This document shows positions 12,116 through 25,791 of a stretch of 37,003 bases of DNA, in pieces. The number at the start of each line of letters is the position of its first letter. Positions within the stretch are counted from its first letter, which is position 1. The notes below the pieces were generated by a model. The model did not search any database and was not told the origin of the DNA. It was given only the letters and a program-made list of their open reading frames with translations. A program made the translations under genes and the position numbers. The stretch comes from Welwitschia mirabilis (taxonomy: Eukaryota), in the NCBI GenBank assembly GCA_051453625.1, contig JBOZIK010000001.1, positions 49,096,322 through 49,133,324 of the forward strand, in the 5' to 3' direction.

Positions 12116-12808
12116 ATTTCCCCCTTTGACATTGATGGTAAACAAATAAGTGATTTTAAGATTAAATAAATATTTCATCTTTAAGCTCTTTCTAATAAGA
12201 CATATTAATATAATAAAAGCTCTTCCTTTTACAAATCCATACAAATAATATTAAGTAAAGGATATATTTCCTTTTGAGAAAAAAATATTTTTGAAACAAA
12301 CCACTTTTAATTACAAAACACAATATTTTCTCCCCCTTTAACATCAATAAGAGAAGATAAAGAAAGAGAGATAAACAGCTATAAATCTTAGACATGTGGT
12401 AAGAAATATCATATTTTCTTTCACTAACTTTATTTCATNNNNNNNNNNNNNNNNNNNNNNNNNNNNNNNNNNNNNNNNNNNNNNNNNNNNNNNNNNNNNN
12501 NNNNNNNNNNNNNNNNNNNNNNNNNNNNNNNNNNNNNNNNNNNNNNNNNNNNNNNNNNAGAGAGAAACTATTAAAATAAAACTATTTTGAGTTTTATTAA
12601 ATTTTACCTATAGCAATTTTATACACATGTTAACAAAAACCTACATTACAAGATATTTAAAAGAGAAACATTATATTTCTAAACTGAGAAAGTTCCATCA
12701 CATTGTTTTTAAAATAACATATTTTCTTTCCCTAAAGAGAGATGAACATCTATAAATCTTAGACATGCAATATGAAACATCATATTTTCTCCCCATGACT
12801 TTATGCCA
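12116..12808 (-). promoter_or_regulatory. Sirevirus multiple-PPT region with a ~75 bp direct repeat
   Basis: TCCCCCTTT at ~12119 and ~12331, TTTTCTCCCC at ~12785. AAAGAGAGAT.AACA.CTATAAATCTTAGACATG..ATCATATTTTCT is repeated at 12363 and 12734. Confidence 0.7.
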
Positions 12809-13349
12809 TATATATGTATAAAAGAAATAATCATAATAGAGTTTCCAAAGTAAGCATGTAAATGAAATGATAATTTTTAATTCATTATTCCCAAAAGAAA
12901 ACTAACTGATGCTATGTTTATAACAACTAGATTTAATTAAAAGTGAAATATTAGAATATTCAAAATTTATAGATAGAGATTCACATTAAATTACCATTAA
13001 GATAAAAATACAACACAACAATAATAACTAGAGTATTTATGACCTTATTTAGCTAATTAAAATAGCATTAATAACCATACAATAATGAGGTTTACATATA
13101 GAAATCAGTTAAATATCATAATGATGCTTCTAAGGAGTACATCATATTATAAAGAGTATCATAGCTAGTATCATAGTAAATTATTATAGAAAATAAAAAA
13201 TTACAATAATTGATAATCTAGTAAAAATAATGTAGTAAGTAAGAATTGTTCAAATTAACCATAACCTAAACTGAGTAAAGATAACTACTTATGTTACTAA
13301 TATGAATTACTACTAATGCTGAAAGATGCTTGGATCAAAAAGACTTTAA

Positions 13350-14885
13350 ATTCTTAGCTTTTACCCATATGATCTTTTCTAACTTTTACATAGAGACTTG
13401 TTTAGAAATAAATTTAAATGATAAATCATTAATATTTGTAAAATACATACTTCTTCTCTATGGAGAGTTAAATTTCTAACGACCAAGTTTACAATAATAA
13501 TGGTAAGTGATATTTTTGGTAGATAATGTTACATCTTTAATACTTACCTCACTGGATGATGATAATGCATTATTGCCTTCAAATCTAATCCCCTTTTTGT
13601 CATATAAAAGATATTACAATCTAAACATCTTCTCAAGTTTCTTTGGTCCTTCTATGAATTTGCTTAAGACTTGTGAAGATTAGCTTAAATTCTTCATGAG
13701 ACTTGTATTTTCTTCTTGAATAACTTTATATCTTTGATTTAAGGCTTCATGCTTCCTTCTCAAATCCTTAATGATATTGTTTAGTTCATTGACTTTTACA
13801 GCAAGTCTTTTACATTCTTGATATAGTTCATGCCATGTGTCTTCAACATCCTCTTCTTCTTCATCTTCACTCATGTCCAAATCATCATGCTTAGTGTGTA
13901 TTGGTGAGTGAGTGATGGGATTCACAAGTGCCATAAGAGATAATGTTCTATGCTCTTCAAATTCTTCATCTGAACTTTCTTCTTCATCTTCTTCAAGGTT
14001 ATCCTAAGTGGCTACTACTGAGGGCCTCTTTAGGTCCTTCAGTTTTCTATTGTTTATACCATTGTTTTTCATATGCCTAAAACTTTTGTTAAATTCTCTA
14101 TGTCTTCTTTTCAATAGAAATGATTTAAATTTTTTTACTAAAAGAGCTACTTCATCTAATTCATCTTCCGACATATTACTTTTAATATATTTCTGCATAC
14201 TTTTTAAAGCAAAGCTTTTCTTTCTATTCTTTAAAGATTTTAACTCATAACTTTAAAGGTTATCTTGTAGTTTGTTTAGTGGCATCTTACTGAGATCTTT
14301 ACTTTCTTTGATTACAGTCACCTTTGGTTTAAATCTCTTAGGAAGGTATCTTAAGATATTCCTTACTATCTTGGCTTCCTCCATCTTTTCTCCAAGACTT
14401 GCCATGAAGTTTACACTGTCCATTAAGCTAGCAAAGAGTTCTTGAAGAGTATCTTCCTTATCCATCTTAATCTATTCAAATTTTATAATCAGCATCTACA
14501 TCTTTTCTTGCTTGACAGTGGATGTCCCTTCATAAGCAATAGCATAAATATCCCATGCTTCTTTGATAGTCTTGCAATTCACTATTCTTTTGAACTCATC
14601 TGCAGTCATAGCACAAAAAGTTGTATTCAAAACATGAGCACCAATAGTAGCATTAGCTTTATCTAATTTAGTCCATTTATCTTTTGGTTTTAACACTACT
14701 ATAAAATTTCCTTTGACATCCTTTTGAGTTGTGGTAGGATGTCTATAACCTATGATCAATATATCCTCATAATCTATATCAACAAATCTTAAGAATATTC
14801 TCATTCTAGCTTTCCAATATCCATTGTTTATTCCATCAAATAGTGGAGGCCTAGAAACACAGAGACCTTCTATAATAAAACTCAT
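13350..14885 (-). pseudogene. Copia/Sirevirus gag relic
   Basis: SRPPLFDG..YWKARMRIFL, EFKRIVNCKTIKEAW...YEGTSTVK, IVRNILRYLPKRFKPKVTVIKESKDL, ALLVKKFKSFL, a degenerate knuckle TYHYCKLGR and IIWVKAK. Confidence 0.9.
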
Positions 14886-14955
14886 GGCTAGGGTTATTGA
14901 GTCAAAGATTGGTTAAAATCTTAGTGTTTACTCAACCTGGTGCTATGACACCAAA

Positions 14956-16163
14956 CGTAGGATTGAGAACCCTGGGGACACGGCAGGGGCGGGAGGTGGG
15001 GAAATGAATAGGATTTTTAAAAAATATTAAATAATTATCACTACCCAAGAAATAAATTATAACATAAAAATTTATAATGAAACAAACTCAAAAGTAGAAC
15101 AAGAGAAATGAATAAGACAAGATTTATAGTGATTTGGGACACATCTTACTCCACTCTCAGAAGTTAGTTAATAACTAAGAATGTTCTAGATCTTTGTTGC
15201 TTCACTATTCACTAGGTTTTTAAGGCTAACCTTCAACATTACAAAGCGAACCTTTTTAGGCTAAGTTTCAACCTTCATAAACGAACTTTTGAAGGCTAAG
15301 TCTCAACCTTCATAAAACGTACTTTTGTTGGCTAAGTCTCAACCTCAATAAAATGCACAAGGGTGAGTGAGGGAATGAATCCTTTATGCTCCAAGTCACT
15401 CAAATACAAGAACCAATGATAAAGCCTTATTACTTAGATTTAGTACAAAGGTAAGTACTAAGTGAGAGAAGAATGATGATCCAAATATGAGCTCTTCAGA
15501 TCAAAAGTGCAACCTCGTTTTTCAAAATCTATTAGATCTTAAGCCTTGATAGGTTTTTGAGTATGACCTCTTTAAATAGATTTATCCAAAATAAAGCCTT
15601 TAGATAGTTGGTAGGAAATCTAACATTTTCAACAGATAGATTTGATGAAGTAACAGTTAGAAAGTCACTTGAAAATTTTTGCTTCTTCTCTGATCGATTG
15701 ACCCCTCGAAGCATCCAGTTGATTTAAGTGACTCATGTCACTTGATCTGGTTATCTCCTTTTTATCTAGTCGACTCAAGTAACTTACATTACTTGGTCCA
15801 GTTACCTCCATCTAAAATCTAGTCGACTACTTTTCTTCAGGTTTAGTCAACCCCACATGAGTCCAGTCGATCCCATATGACATAGTACATATGGAGAAGC
15901 TTGAAAAATGCATTTCTAGATCTAGTAAATCCCTCAAAGATTTAGTTTATACTCATGATGTAGCCCAAAATAAGTATTTCTAAGTTTGGTCAACTCCTAC
16001 TTGAAGTCCTTGGACATAAAATCAAGTTACTTTAATCAGAACATGTCCAAATCTTGCTATTTTTTAGATATATATTATTTAGTTTCTTACATTTGTAAAA
16101 TCATATTTCATTATAGAAATATCATATTAATTTGACATCAATTGACAATATAAAATCCCAACA
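14956..16163 (-). repeat. Sirevirus 5' LTR
   Basis: CGTAGG...CCCAACA; adjacent GCTATGACACCA (14942-14953) is a decayed reverse-complement TGGTATCAGAGC PBS. Confidence 0.88.
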
Positions 16164-16826
16164 CTTGTTAGTCATCCTAGGTGTTGTCTAGATGACTAGG
16201 TGAATGATAAATCATCTTTAGTATTTTTTGGTTTCCTATATTATAATTAACTTTTTCCTTGGCATAAAAAGCTTTTCTTGCTGAAACTAATCTTACTTTA
16301 CGTTTTTCAAGTATATTGATGAAGAGCGGGCATTCACCTAAACTTGATCATGACATAATTAATACATTACTATCTCTTTCAAAGGTACTGAATTTTATGA
16401 TACACTCTATTAGCTTCTAGAGATATCTTCAAGATGTGATTTGGCTACTTTAATGGCTATTATTCTATGAAGCTTTGTATATATGATAAGGTAAATGACT
16501 ATCAGTAGAACCATGGTTTCCCTATTTATTAATTCTATTTATCATCCACTTGATTATCATCCAGATGAAGAGGTGTATGATAGTTTTTTCTTCATCCTAT
16601 AGCCTCTTGATCATCATTCATCATTATGCACTAGATTCATGACGCTTTGGAAAAGTTAAGGAGTATGAAATATATCTAAAAGAGGTTCATTATCTTCAAA
16701 TTTGTTGTTCTATGTGATTATGTTTATTGAGCTTTAGATTCTTACTATTTGACTTGGAAACATACTAAACATTCCTAAAACATACTCTAAACATGAAGTT
16801 AAATATCATCAATTGGACTTGCAACA
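16164..16826 (-). repeat. Element A 3' LTR, right fragment
   Basis: Aligns with ~25123-25791, ends ...GCAACA and is followed by the reverse-complement PPT. Confidence 0.88.
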
Positions 16827-16856
16827 TAGCCCCACACTAAGAATTTGTCAGTTCCT
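16827..16856 (-). promoter_or_regulatory. Polypurine tract region of element A
   Basis: The minus strand reads GGAACTGACAAATTCTTAGTGTGGGGCTA immediately before the LTR start TGTTGC. Confidence 0.75.
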
Positions 16857-18329
16857 AATATAAAAAGCAGAAAAGAATAGAAGAGAGCCAAATTGAAAAA
16901 AGGATGAAACATAACACTCAAGTGTAAAAGATATTATATTATTAAACATAGAGCACGTATTACAAATATATTCCACTCTAACATCATGAAGAAGATATGT
17001 ATTAAATTCAGAGTTTTCCTTTTTAGATCTATGACAAACATTCATTAAATAAATTCCTTTTAATTAAAGCTAATCTTTTAAGGATTCCCAATATTTCACT
17101 CTCCTATGAAGTAGATAAATTCATCCCAAATTTTTAAGTAAATTTACTTGTGATAAGCAGGAAGAACAAGCTAAAACTATCAAGGGATATAAAATAAGAA
17201 AGAAAAAAAACATAAAACACAACTAGAAAATTAAAAAGAAAAATAAGATGAAATGAAATAAAAGGTCAACAATGAAAGCAAGAGTATGGATATTTGAAGG
17301 CCAATGATAAGCTAAAAAGCTACATATCCTATTAAGATAAGAGTAAAATGTGACAATGGCTTTAACACTACCAAGTAAAAATAGTTAAGAAGATGCAAAA
17401 TACAAATGGATAAGAAGGCATATGAAGAAGATTAACTATTTTTCCTAAATATTTACCTAACCAAAATTAATGGTTTTCATCATAGAACTACTTGAGAGTA
17501 AAGATGTATGATTTACTACTAAATCCTAATAAGCTTCATGTAATAGGGACAATGATTTTAGCAATATCAAATGACTCTTCTATAAGGTATTAATATAATG
17601 TTAGGACTAAAATCAATCCAATCATTTTTTAAAAACATAGTGAAATTTGGTTCATATATCATTCAATGATCAATATGTTCTATTATGCTCTTAAAGCTAT
17701 GGCTTTAGAGTTATGGAAATCAAGTTAATTAGGTATTAAGAAACACCATCTATCAATATGAGAGAATGCAACTACTACTGAAAGAGTAAGAACCCAGAAG
17801 TTTAGACTAGATCATAACAAACTAACTCTTTGATGGATTTTTCATAGTTATCATATCATATTGCCAAAGCTCCTTTTCAAGAAAATTACCTTAGTATGCT
17901 TCCAATAGGACATTATGGAATTTATTTGGAATTTTATTTTGTTAAATTTTTCTATTTAAATATTTTTTATTTAAATAATATGCTATGATTCCCTTTTTGA
18001 AAACATTAATTAATCATTGAAATAATAAATTAACTTAGTACAAAGTTGTGAATTAGCATCTAGATTGACATAACTAGTACTTAAGCAAAATTCATCATAG
18101 ATATTGAAGTTCATAGACATTGGAATGTCTTAGATTGGCTGAAATCAAATCTTTATCATTCTAAACTCCCAAAGTAAATAATTACTTTCATGAAAACTTA
18201 TATGAAATCTAATACAAAAGTAAGTTAGTAAATGATTAAATAGTACAATAACTCAATCAAAGAATCTAGGTAAGAAACTATTTAGAAAATGATAAAGGGA
18301 AGATGTTCCTCTTAGGTAAGAGGATCATC

Positions 18330-21300
18330 AAGGTCAATATCTTTGATCATATCCATTGTATAATGACAATTTTCAGGTGATTGATATAACTTCAACCATT
18401 TTCCATTTACTTTTAACATTTAATAAGTGTTTAAATCAGAAATCTTAAAGAGCCATTAATATGTACCTTCTTTATTTAGAAAGGACCTAGCCATTTAGAG
18501 ATCAATGTATTATGAATAAGATGCACTTAAGTATTGAATAAGAGAACTAATTGACTAGGTTAAAATGATTTTAAGATAACCTTTTTGTCATGGTAAAATT
18601 TTGCTTGAGCTTTTTTAATGAGTTATCTATAAATAGCATGATTGTGTTTCTCATTAAAATGTTAAAGTTGAACTAGTCTATGTTTAAGAATATCATCAAA
18701 ATCCATGACATTAATTTGATGAATGATTTTATAATAATTATAGCATGCATGAATGAGAAGAACACAAGCTTTATCATACATAAGTTCATAAGGGAGAGCA
18801 CTAAGTGAGTTACACCAAGTAGTACAGTAAACTCAAAGTACATCATAAATTTTAATAGAATAAGAGTTCTTATTTTGGAAGATTAGTTTCTAAAGCATTT
18901 TTTTTAATTTCCTTATTAGCATTTTTAGCTTACCATTAATTTAAGGATAATAATAATTTGCTATTATATGCTCAATTCCAACATAGAGGAGATATTTCCT
19001 AAAATCTTATTTATAAATGAGTGCCTTGATCACTAATCAAGATTATATAAAATCCATATCTATGAAAATGTTAGATCTAAGAGAAGAATATAGTTTTGAC
19101 ATCATTTGTAATTATAGTTAGGACTTCTACCCATTTGATCACATAATTCAAAACCACTAAGATTTAATTTTTATTACAAGAAGATGGTGTAACAGGGCCT
19201 ATGAAGTCTAAGCCCTAATAATCAAAAGGTTCATACTCTAAGATAGGTAGATGGAAATGTCTTGAGATCTAGAAAGACTACCAAAATGTTGACAAATATT
19301 ATATTTTCTTATAAAGTTGAATAAATCTTTGAATAGGGTAGGTTAATATAAACCTACATGAAGGATTTTCATAGAAGTCGTTTGACTACTAAAATAACCT
19401 CAACACACTCTACCATAACAAAGAGTAAGGATATCATATTGCTTCCATTCTAGCAAATATTTGTGCATGATTTGATCTTTACATCTTTAATAGAGATTAG
19501 TTTCATACCATTTATAGTCTCCTATTCTATGAAGAAAATATTTTCTCTAATTATATATCTAATGTTGGGGAGTTTTCAAGGTAACATGATAATTAACAAT
19601 ATTGGCATATCATGGAGAAGGGTTTTTAGAATAGATGGAATAAAAATGTGCAATGGCAAATAGTTACTCATCTAAAAAATTATCTTGGATAGGAAGGTAT
19701 GGAGAAAAATNNNNNNNNNNTAGGGGATGTTGTTCATGAGGGAATCTAGATAAATGATCAGCAACACAATTATGTCTTCCTTCTTTATTAATCATGATCA
19801 AGTTAAATTCTTACATTAATAATACTTATCTAATAAGCCTTTTACTAGAATCTTTCTTAATTATAAGATATTGAAGGGTAGCATGATCAGTATAAACATT
19901 AGTATAAAAGCCAAGAAGATAGTACTGAAGTTTATCAAGATAAAAGGTAGTGGCAAGCATTTCTTTTTCAATAGTGATATAATTAAGTTGAGCTCCTAAA
20001 AGGGTTTTACTGATATAACAATAACATTGTAATCTTTCTCATGTTTTCACTATAACATACCCCCTCATCACAAATAAGTTTAAAGACTTTATTCCAATTA
20101 AGTCGTCCTACAATAGGTGCTGAAGTGATCTTGTCTTTAAGATTTTCAAAGGAATGTTGATAAGATTCATTCTAATCAAACTTAACATCTTTTTCTAAGA
20201 GAGAATAAATAGGTTTGCAAATTTTAGCATAGTCCTTAATGAATCTTCAATAAAAAATAGCATGACCAAGAAAAGATATGACTTATTTTACATTAGTTGG
20301 AGGAGGGAGATTTCTAATGATGTCTATTTTAGTAGGGTCTATTTAAATGTCATTACTCGAAATATGATGACCTAAAACTATTCCATTCCTTACTAAGAAA
20401 TAATTCTTTTCCCAATTGAAATGAAGGCTAGTTTTTATGCATCGATTAAGGACTTTTTTCAATCTTTTTAAGGTTTGCTTAAAAGAATCCCCAAAAATAG
20501 AAAATTCATCCATAAATATTTCTATTAACTCATCAATTATGTCTAAAAAAATATCCATCATGAATCTTTAAAAGGTTTAAGGTGCATTATATAAATCAGA
20601 GGGCATTCTTATAAAGGAAAAGATACCAAAAGAAGAGGTAAAAATTGTCTAGGTTTAATCTTCATTGTCTATGCATACTTGATTGTGATCATTATATCCA
20701 TAAAAAAAACAGTAATATACATGGCCTTACATTGTATCAGGGATTTGATCTACAAATGACAAGGGATAATATTCTTTTTTGATGACATCATTAAGCTTTC
20801 TAAAATCAATGCAAACTTATCACTTCCTATCTTTTTTTGGTACTATAGCAATAGAACTAACCCATTCACAATTAGATATGGCATAAATGATTTTTGCACC
20901 TATAAGTTTAATGATTTCTTACTTTACTACTTGCTTAAGGGTAGGGTTAAGTATCCTTTGTGGTTGGCTAATAGGCTTAGCATTATCTTTCAAATAAATT
21001 TAATGCTAAAAAATAGAAGAAGAAACGGCTCTAAGATATTTATGAGTCCAAGAAAAAGCATGTGTTTTGGATTTGAGAAGTTGAAGTAGTGATGCTTCTA
21101 AGAAGGATGAAGACATGCATTAATGGTTAAGGGTTTCTAAAGGTCATTATATAAAAAGATGTATTATAATCCATTAAGTAGTCCTTTTAGTTTCAAATTA
21201 GAATTATCCCTTATTTTTGTTGGAATCCCATATTGAGATAGGAGGTTTTGTATGGTTTTAACATGTTCCACATTATGATTAATGAGAAATTCAAAGTTTT

Positions 21301-23560
21301 CATTTCTTTTCTCATTTAAGTTTTTGCTTAAGAGGTTATTATGGAGATTACATGAATGAGAGGAATTAAGGCTTCTTAAAATTTCTTCATATTATTCAAG
21401 ATTATTAAATAAAGTTAGGTTGTGTAAATTAAGGATCCTTTCTTTTAAAGGATGATGTTAAATAAGCATGAAGGGTCTAATTTGTTACTCAAGATTAGAA
21501 TCTTATTCCATATCTTTTTTAACTTCATTAAAGACTCTAATAATGAATTTATTATTTCCTACATGACATTCCATAGTTCTTGTTTATGTATCAATAATGC
21601 AATGGACTATTTCATAAAAAGCTCTTCTCAAGAGTAAAGTGTACCTTCCATTATGCTTTACGTCAATAATAACCACATCTATAAGGTAAAATTCCTCTTC
21701 AATTTATATGACCACATCCTTAATAAATATAATTGGTTTTCTAAGAATTGCATTAGCTAGTTCTGACATAATTTATATTGATTCAATTATGTTTTTTTTG
21801 GTCCAAAATTTTTGAAGGTGTAAAATAGTATAATGTTGACACTTGTTTCTATGTCTATTCATGCTTTCTTGATCTATTTGGTTTCTTCTAAGATAATACT
21901 ACTTATGATAACCCCTGGGTCTTTGAATTTTGAAAATTTTTGTACTATTAAGTTAGAAATGAATTGTGAAAACACCCTACTTAGTATGGTTCTTTACTAT
22001 TTTCTCTTAACTAAGTCCTTCCTTATTTTTTTGTATCTAGGATTATCATACAGTATTTTCCAACAAGGTAAATTGATGCTCACATCTTACATAATTACTT
22101 TAAGATAATTATCATACATAGGATTAGTCCTTAATCTTTCTAACCAAAGAGTTATGATTTTATTTATCATGTTCTCATTGGTTGTGTTATGATTGAATTT
22201 TTCTTTAAAAGCTAAAGGAAAGCTATGTTGATCAAGAATTTCTATGTTCTCATCATGGATTGATCTTCTTGGTTGTGAGAAGTGGGAGCTACTTGATTAG
22301 GAGTTGTATCATATCAACTTCTTTTCACTATCTTTCAATCCTTTTTAACGTCATTTGGATTGGAAATGGTTTAGGTTTTAAGGAAGACTTAGGGTCTTTG
22401 ACTTCCTAACATGGTTTATTGAAGGATTTCAATTAGATTTTCTAAGTTCTTTATTTGATTCTCTAAATTGTCGTTGGTTTTTTCCTACATATTCTTCATT
22501 TCCTTCATTAAATCTTTAAAGGATTTAGGTTGAAAGTTATGAAGTTTAAAATCATTGGACTAAAAGTTATTTGGCTGAAAGCTATTAGGTTGAAAGTTAT
22601 TTCTTCTTTATTTGTTATCAAAAGAGGTCTAAAGGATGGTTGTGATCCCACATTTCATGGCTGAAATTATTGATTTTTTCTAAAGTATCAGGTCTTTTAT
22701 TATATGCACAAGTTCCTTCATAGATCATTTCTCTACATGTTGGTAAAGCAAGATAATCTTTAGTGTAATGGGAGTTGTCTTCACATATTTCATAAAGAGA
22801 GTAAGGTATTAATAATTGAGGTTGTTGATTTAACATTTTTACATTAGCCAAGGCTTTGTGTAAGTTTCTAATGTGTTGGTAAGATATTAAACTAGGTTGC
22901 TAGGATTANNNNNNNNNNGATTAAGTTCCTATTCATGTTGTATGTTCTTATTGTCTTTCAAAATTTTCCTTAGAGTTCTATTTTCTTTGATGATTGGTTT
23001 AGGCCATGTTTAACTAATTTCTATCAATCCTTTCAAAGATTTCTAAGAATCCTCTAAAGTAAAGTTGAGCAAATTTCCCCCACATCAAAAATCCACTAGT
23101 TGGTTGATTTGGCTATTTAATCACTATAGAAGTAGTTAACAAGTTTTACTCTTGAAAACACATGTATAGAATTAGATGAGACAACAATTAAAAATCTCTT
23201 ATAAGTTGTAGCATGATTCTCATACAGTTTTTATACAAAGTTGATAATTTCTTTTTTTCTTTTTCTCATGGTTGCATCACTTATAATTATTTTTATGAAG
23301 ACATCTTAAACTTAACTATAAGTTTTAAGGATTTTATGTGGAATAGTTTTCAACCAATTTTTAGCCTTGCCTCTAAGGATGAAAGAAAAAATAATAATTT
23401 AAGTCTTATTAGTTACCTTCTTTTTTTTCATTTTCTAAAGTAAGAATGAGTTATTCTATTTCTGCTAAGTGTTATAAGAGTCCTTCTTTATCTTCTCCTG
23501 TGAAAGTAGGATAGGCTTGCAAGTTTTGAGTCTTACATCATCTCTATGGGGTAGGTCAAA
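18330..23560 (-). pseudogene. Athila-type gag-pol relic (gag ~22600-23560, protease ~21550-21925, RT ~20300-21060, RNase H ~19740-20130, integrase ~18330-19650)
   Basis: Gag FILRGKAKNWL and CGGNLL; protease KDPG..ID.ETSVNI..LAN; RT IEIFMDEFSIFGDSF..LHFNWEKNYFLVRNGIVLGHHIS; RNase H VYTDHATLQYL and HNCVADHLSR; integrase relics. Numerous stops. Confidence 0.88.
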
Positions 23561-24219
23561 AGGGTTTTGAATCTTTTTTTTTTTTTTAAGCTATTAGTTC
23601 CTTAAGAGTTAAGGTAGAAGTAGGAGAAAAAGCAAAGTTAAACATTTTTAAAGGTCTAGAAGGAAAAAAATATTTAAAAGTTAGAAGTTAAAGAGGAAGA
23701 TGGTTTAAAAAAATTACTTTTAGAAATAGGTAAATTACTTTTAGAAATTTAAAAAGTAAAATAATCATCTTTCTCTATTCTATATTGAAATGAAACTTTC
23801 TCATCTTAATTTCTTGCATTGAAGTCCACTAATCCTTCTTTAATTATTTAGCTAGCATGTTTTTTCTTCCACTGATGCTTTATCTGTGTGATCATTTCCT
23901 TGCATTTTCATAAAAGATTAAAACAAAATTCTTTACATCCAAATGGAAAAACTCTATTTTTGATTACATGAAGTGCAAGGAGGAGGCTATACCAATTGTG
24001 GATGTAACATGAAGTGTAAATCAAGTCTATTGAAAATGATGGTAATATTTAGAAGTAAAACTAACAAATATTAGAAAATCAATCTGAACTAAGAAAGTAA
24101 AGTGAAAACTAAATTAAGAAGATAAAAAATTGTATATACACACTACACAAGTAAACATTTTAAAATCAATTTGCTTACTTGAATAATAAAAATCAACCTT
24201 TTAAACTTCCTTAGACTTC

Positions 24220-24237
24220 TCCCTGGCAATGATGCCA
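24220..24237 (-). promoter_or_regulatory. Primer binding site, tRNA-Asp type (Athila)
   Basis: The minus strand reads TGGCATCATTGCCAGGGA, a decayed form of TGGCGCCGTTGCCGGGG, 3 bp from the LTR edge. Confidence 0.8.
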
Positions 24238-24240
24238 ATT

Positions 24241-25791
24241 TTTTAGAGTATGAATCATGTGATTAATCTAGTATTTTTTTCTAATAAATGCTTCAACTTT
24301 AATACTTATAATTCTCAATAAACTTATTCAAAACACACTAGTATATGGGAGTTAATTCAAATGTCATACTCTAGAGAGGAATTCTAAATAGAAAGTTAGA
24401 AGATTGATTTAATTAAAAATTATAGAACTAAAATGATTTTCTAATATAACTTAGAACTAAAATGCAATGATGTAATAGATAAATGCAACCTAAATGCAAA
24501 TCCTAATCAATTACACCAACTTGTTATCACCCAATTTAGCCCTCATAATCTATATCAATTACAAATAAGTTTCACTTCAATGCAATTAACATAAATTATA
24601 AAGAAGATTAGAAAGCAGTTTGACAAGAACATTTTAATTAATTACTTTATTAATAAAAAAATTTATATTCTTTTATAAAGCAAGAACTCCTCAATGAAGA
24701 AGACATAGCCCAATACTAAGAAACAACTTTCTTTGTAACTAAGATGAATCACTTTCTCAATCGATCTTCAAATCATCACAAGACCAATTAATGCACCAAA
24801 GATGATAAATGAGGATCTCAGTGGGGTATTTATTAATTTGAAATGATGATGAGGATCATCAAAGAGTTCTAATAGATCAAAGGCAATCAATGATTTCATA
24901 ATTGATGGAGTTTGTTTTGTATTCATTATAGCTATCATCTACTTGAATGTCATCCAGATGACATGATGGATAATAGTTTATCTCTTCTACTAATGGATTC
25001 TTGTCTTTCACGTGCCTTCTTAGTGATGGTGAGTTTCATACTTTTGGTTTCATCTAGGTACCATCTGGATGACTAAGTGGATAACTTTGAGCTATTAATT
25101 TGTAAGTTCTATTTCTTATAATCCTACTAGTTATCCTAGGTGCTGTCTAGATGATCAAGTGAATGATATGTTATATTTAGTCTTTTTCTACTTCCTTATG
25201 ACATAATTGGCTTTATTCTTAGAATATAAAATTATTTCTTGCTGAAACTATTCTTTCTTCATGGTTTTCAAGTATATTGATAAAGATTAGACATTAGCTT
25301 AAACATAATCATAAATTCTAAATTAATTGACACATTGCTATCTCTCTCAACGGTGCTGAATTTTATGATATACTCTATTAGCTTTAAGAGCTATCTTTAA
25401 GATGTGATTTAAATACTTTAATGGCTATTTTTATTTGGAGTATTGTTCAGATGATAGGGTGAATGACTATTAACAGAAATCTAGTTTTTCTATTTGTTGA
25501 TTCTATTGGCCATTTGTTTTATTTTCATTCAGATGATGAGGTGAACGACAGTCTTTTCTTCATCCTCTAGCCTTGATCATCATTTATCATTCTGCATTGG
25601 ATTCACAATGCTTTAAAAATTTTAGGGAGTATGAAATATGTTTGAAAATAATTCATTATCTCTAAATTTGTTGTTCTATATGATCATCACAATTAAGCTT
25701 CAGATTCTTCCTGTTTAGCTTAGAAACTTTTAACTATGCTTAAAACATACTCTAGACATCATGTTAAATATCACCAATTGGGCTCATAAAA
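24241..25791 (-). repeat. Element A 5' LTR (~1.55 kb)
   Basis: Uninterrupted homolog of 9941-10854 plus 16164-16826; flanked by the PBS and the TSD. Confidence 0.9.

Larger units (their letters stand above)
10855..16163 (-). mobile_element. Sirevirus (SIRE/Maximus)-type Ty1/copia element, non-autonomous (gag only), nested in element A 3' LTR
   Basis: Two ~1.2 kb LTRs carrying the GAGGGGGTGAATAGG motif and GGTCGACC repeats, a Met PBS, multiple AAAGGGGGA PPTs and a copia gag. Degenerate TSD CCTAT/CTTGT (empty site in the other LTR reads CCTAC). Confidence 0.88.
9941..25791 (-). mobile_element. Full-length Athila-type Ty3/gypsy LTR retrotransposon (element A), heavily decayed
   Basis: Two homologous LTRs, TTCAT TSD at 9936-9940 and 25792-25796, an Asp-type PBS, a PPT and gag-PR-RT-RH-IN relics. 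Confidence 0.9.
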
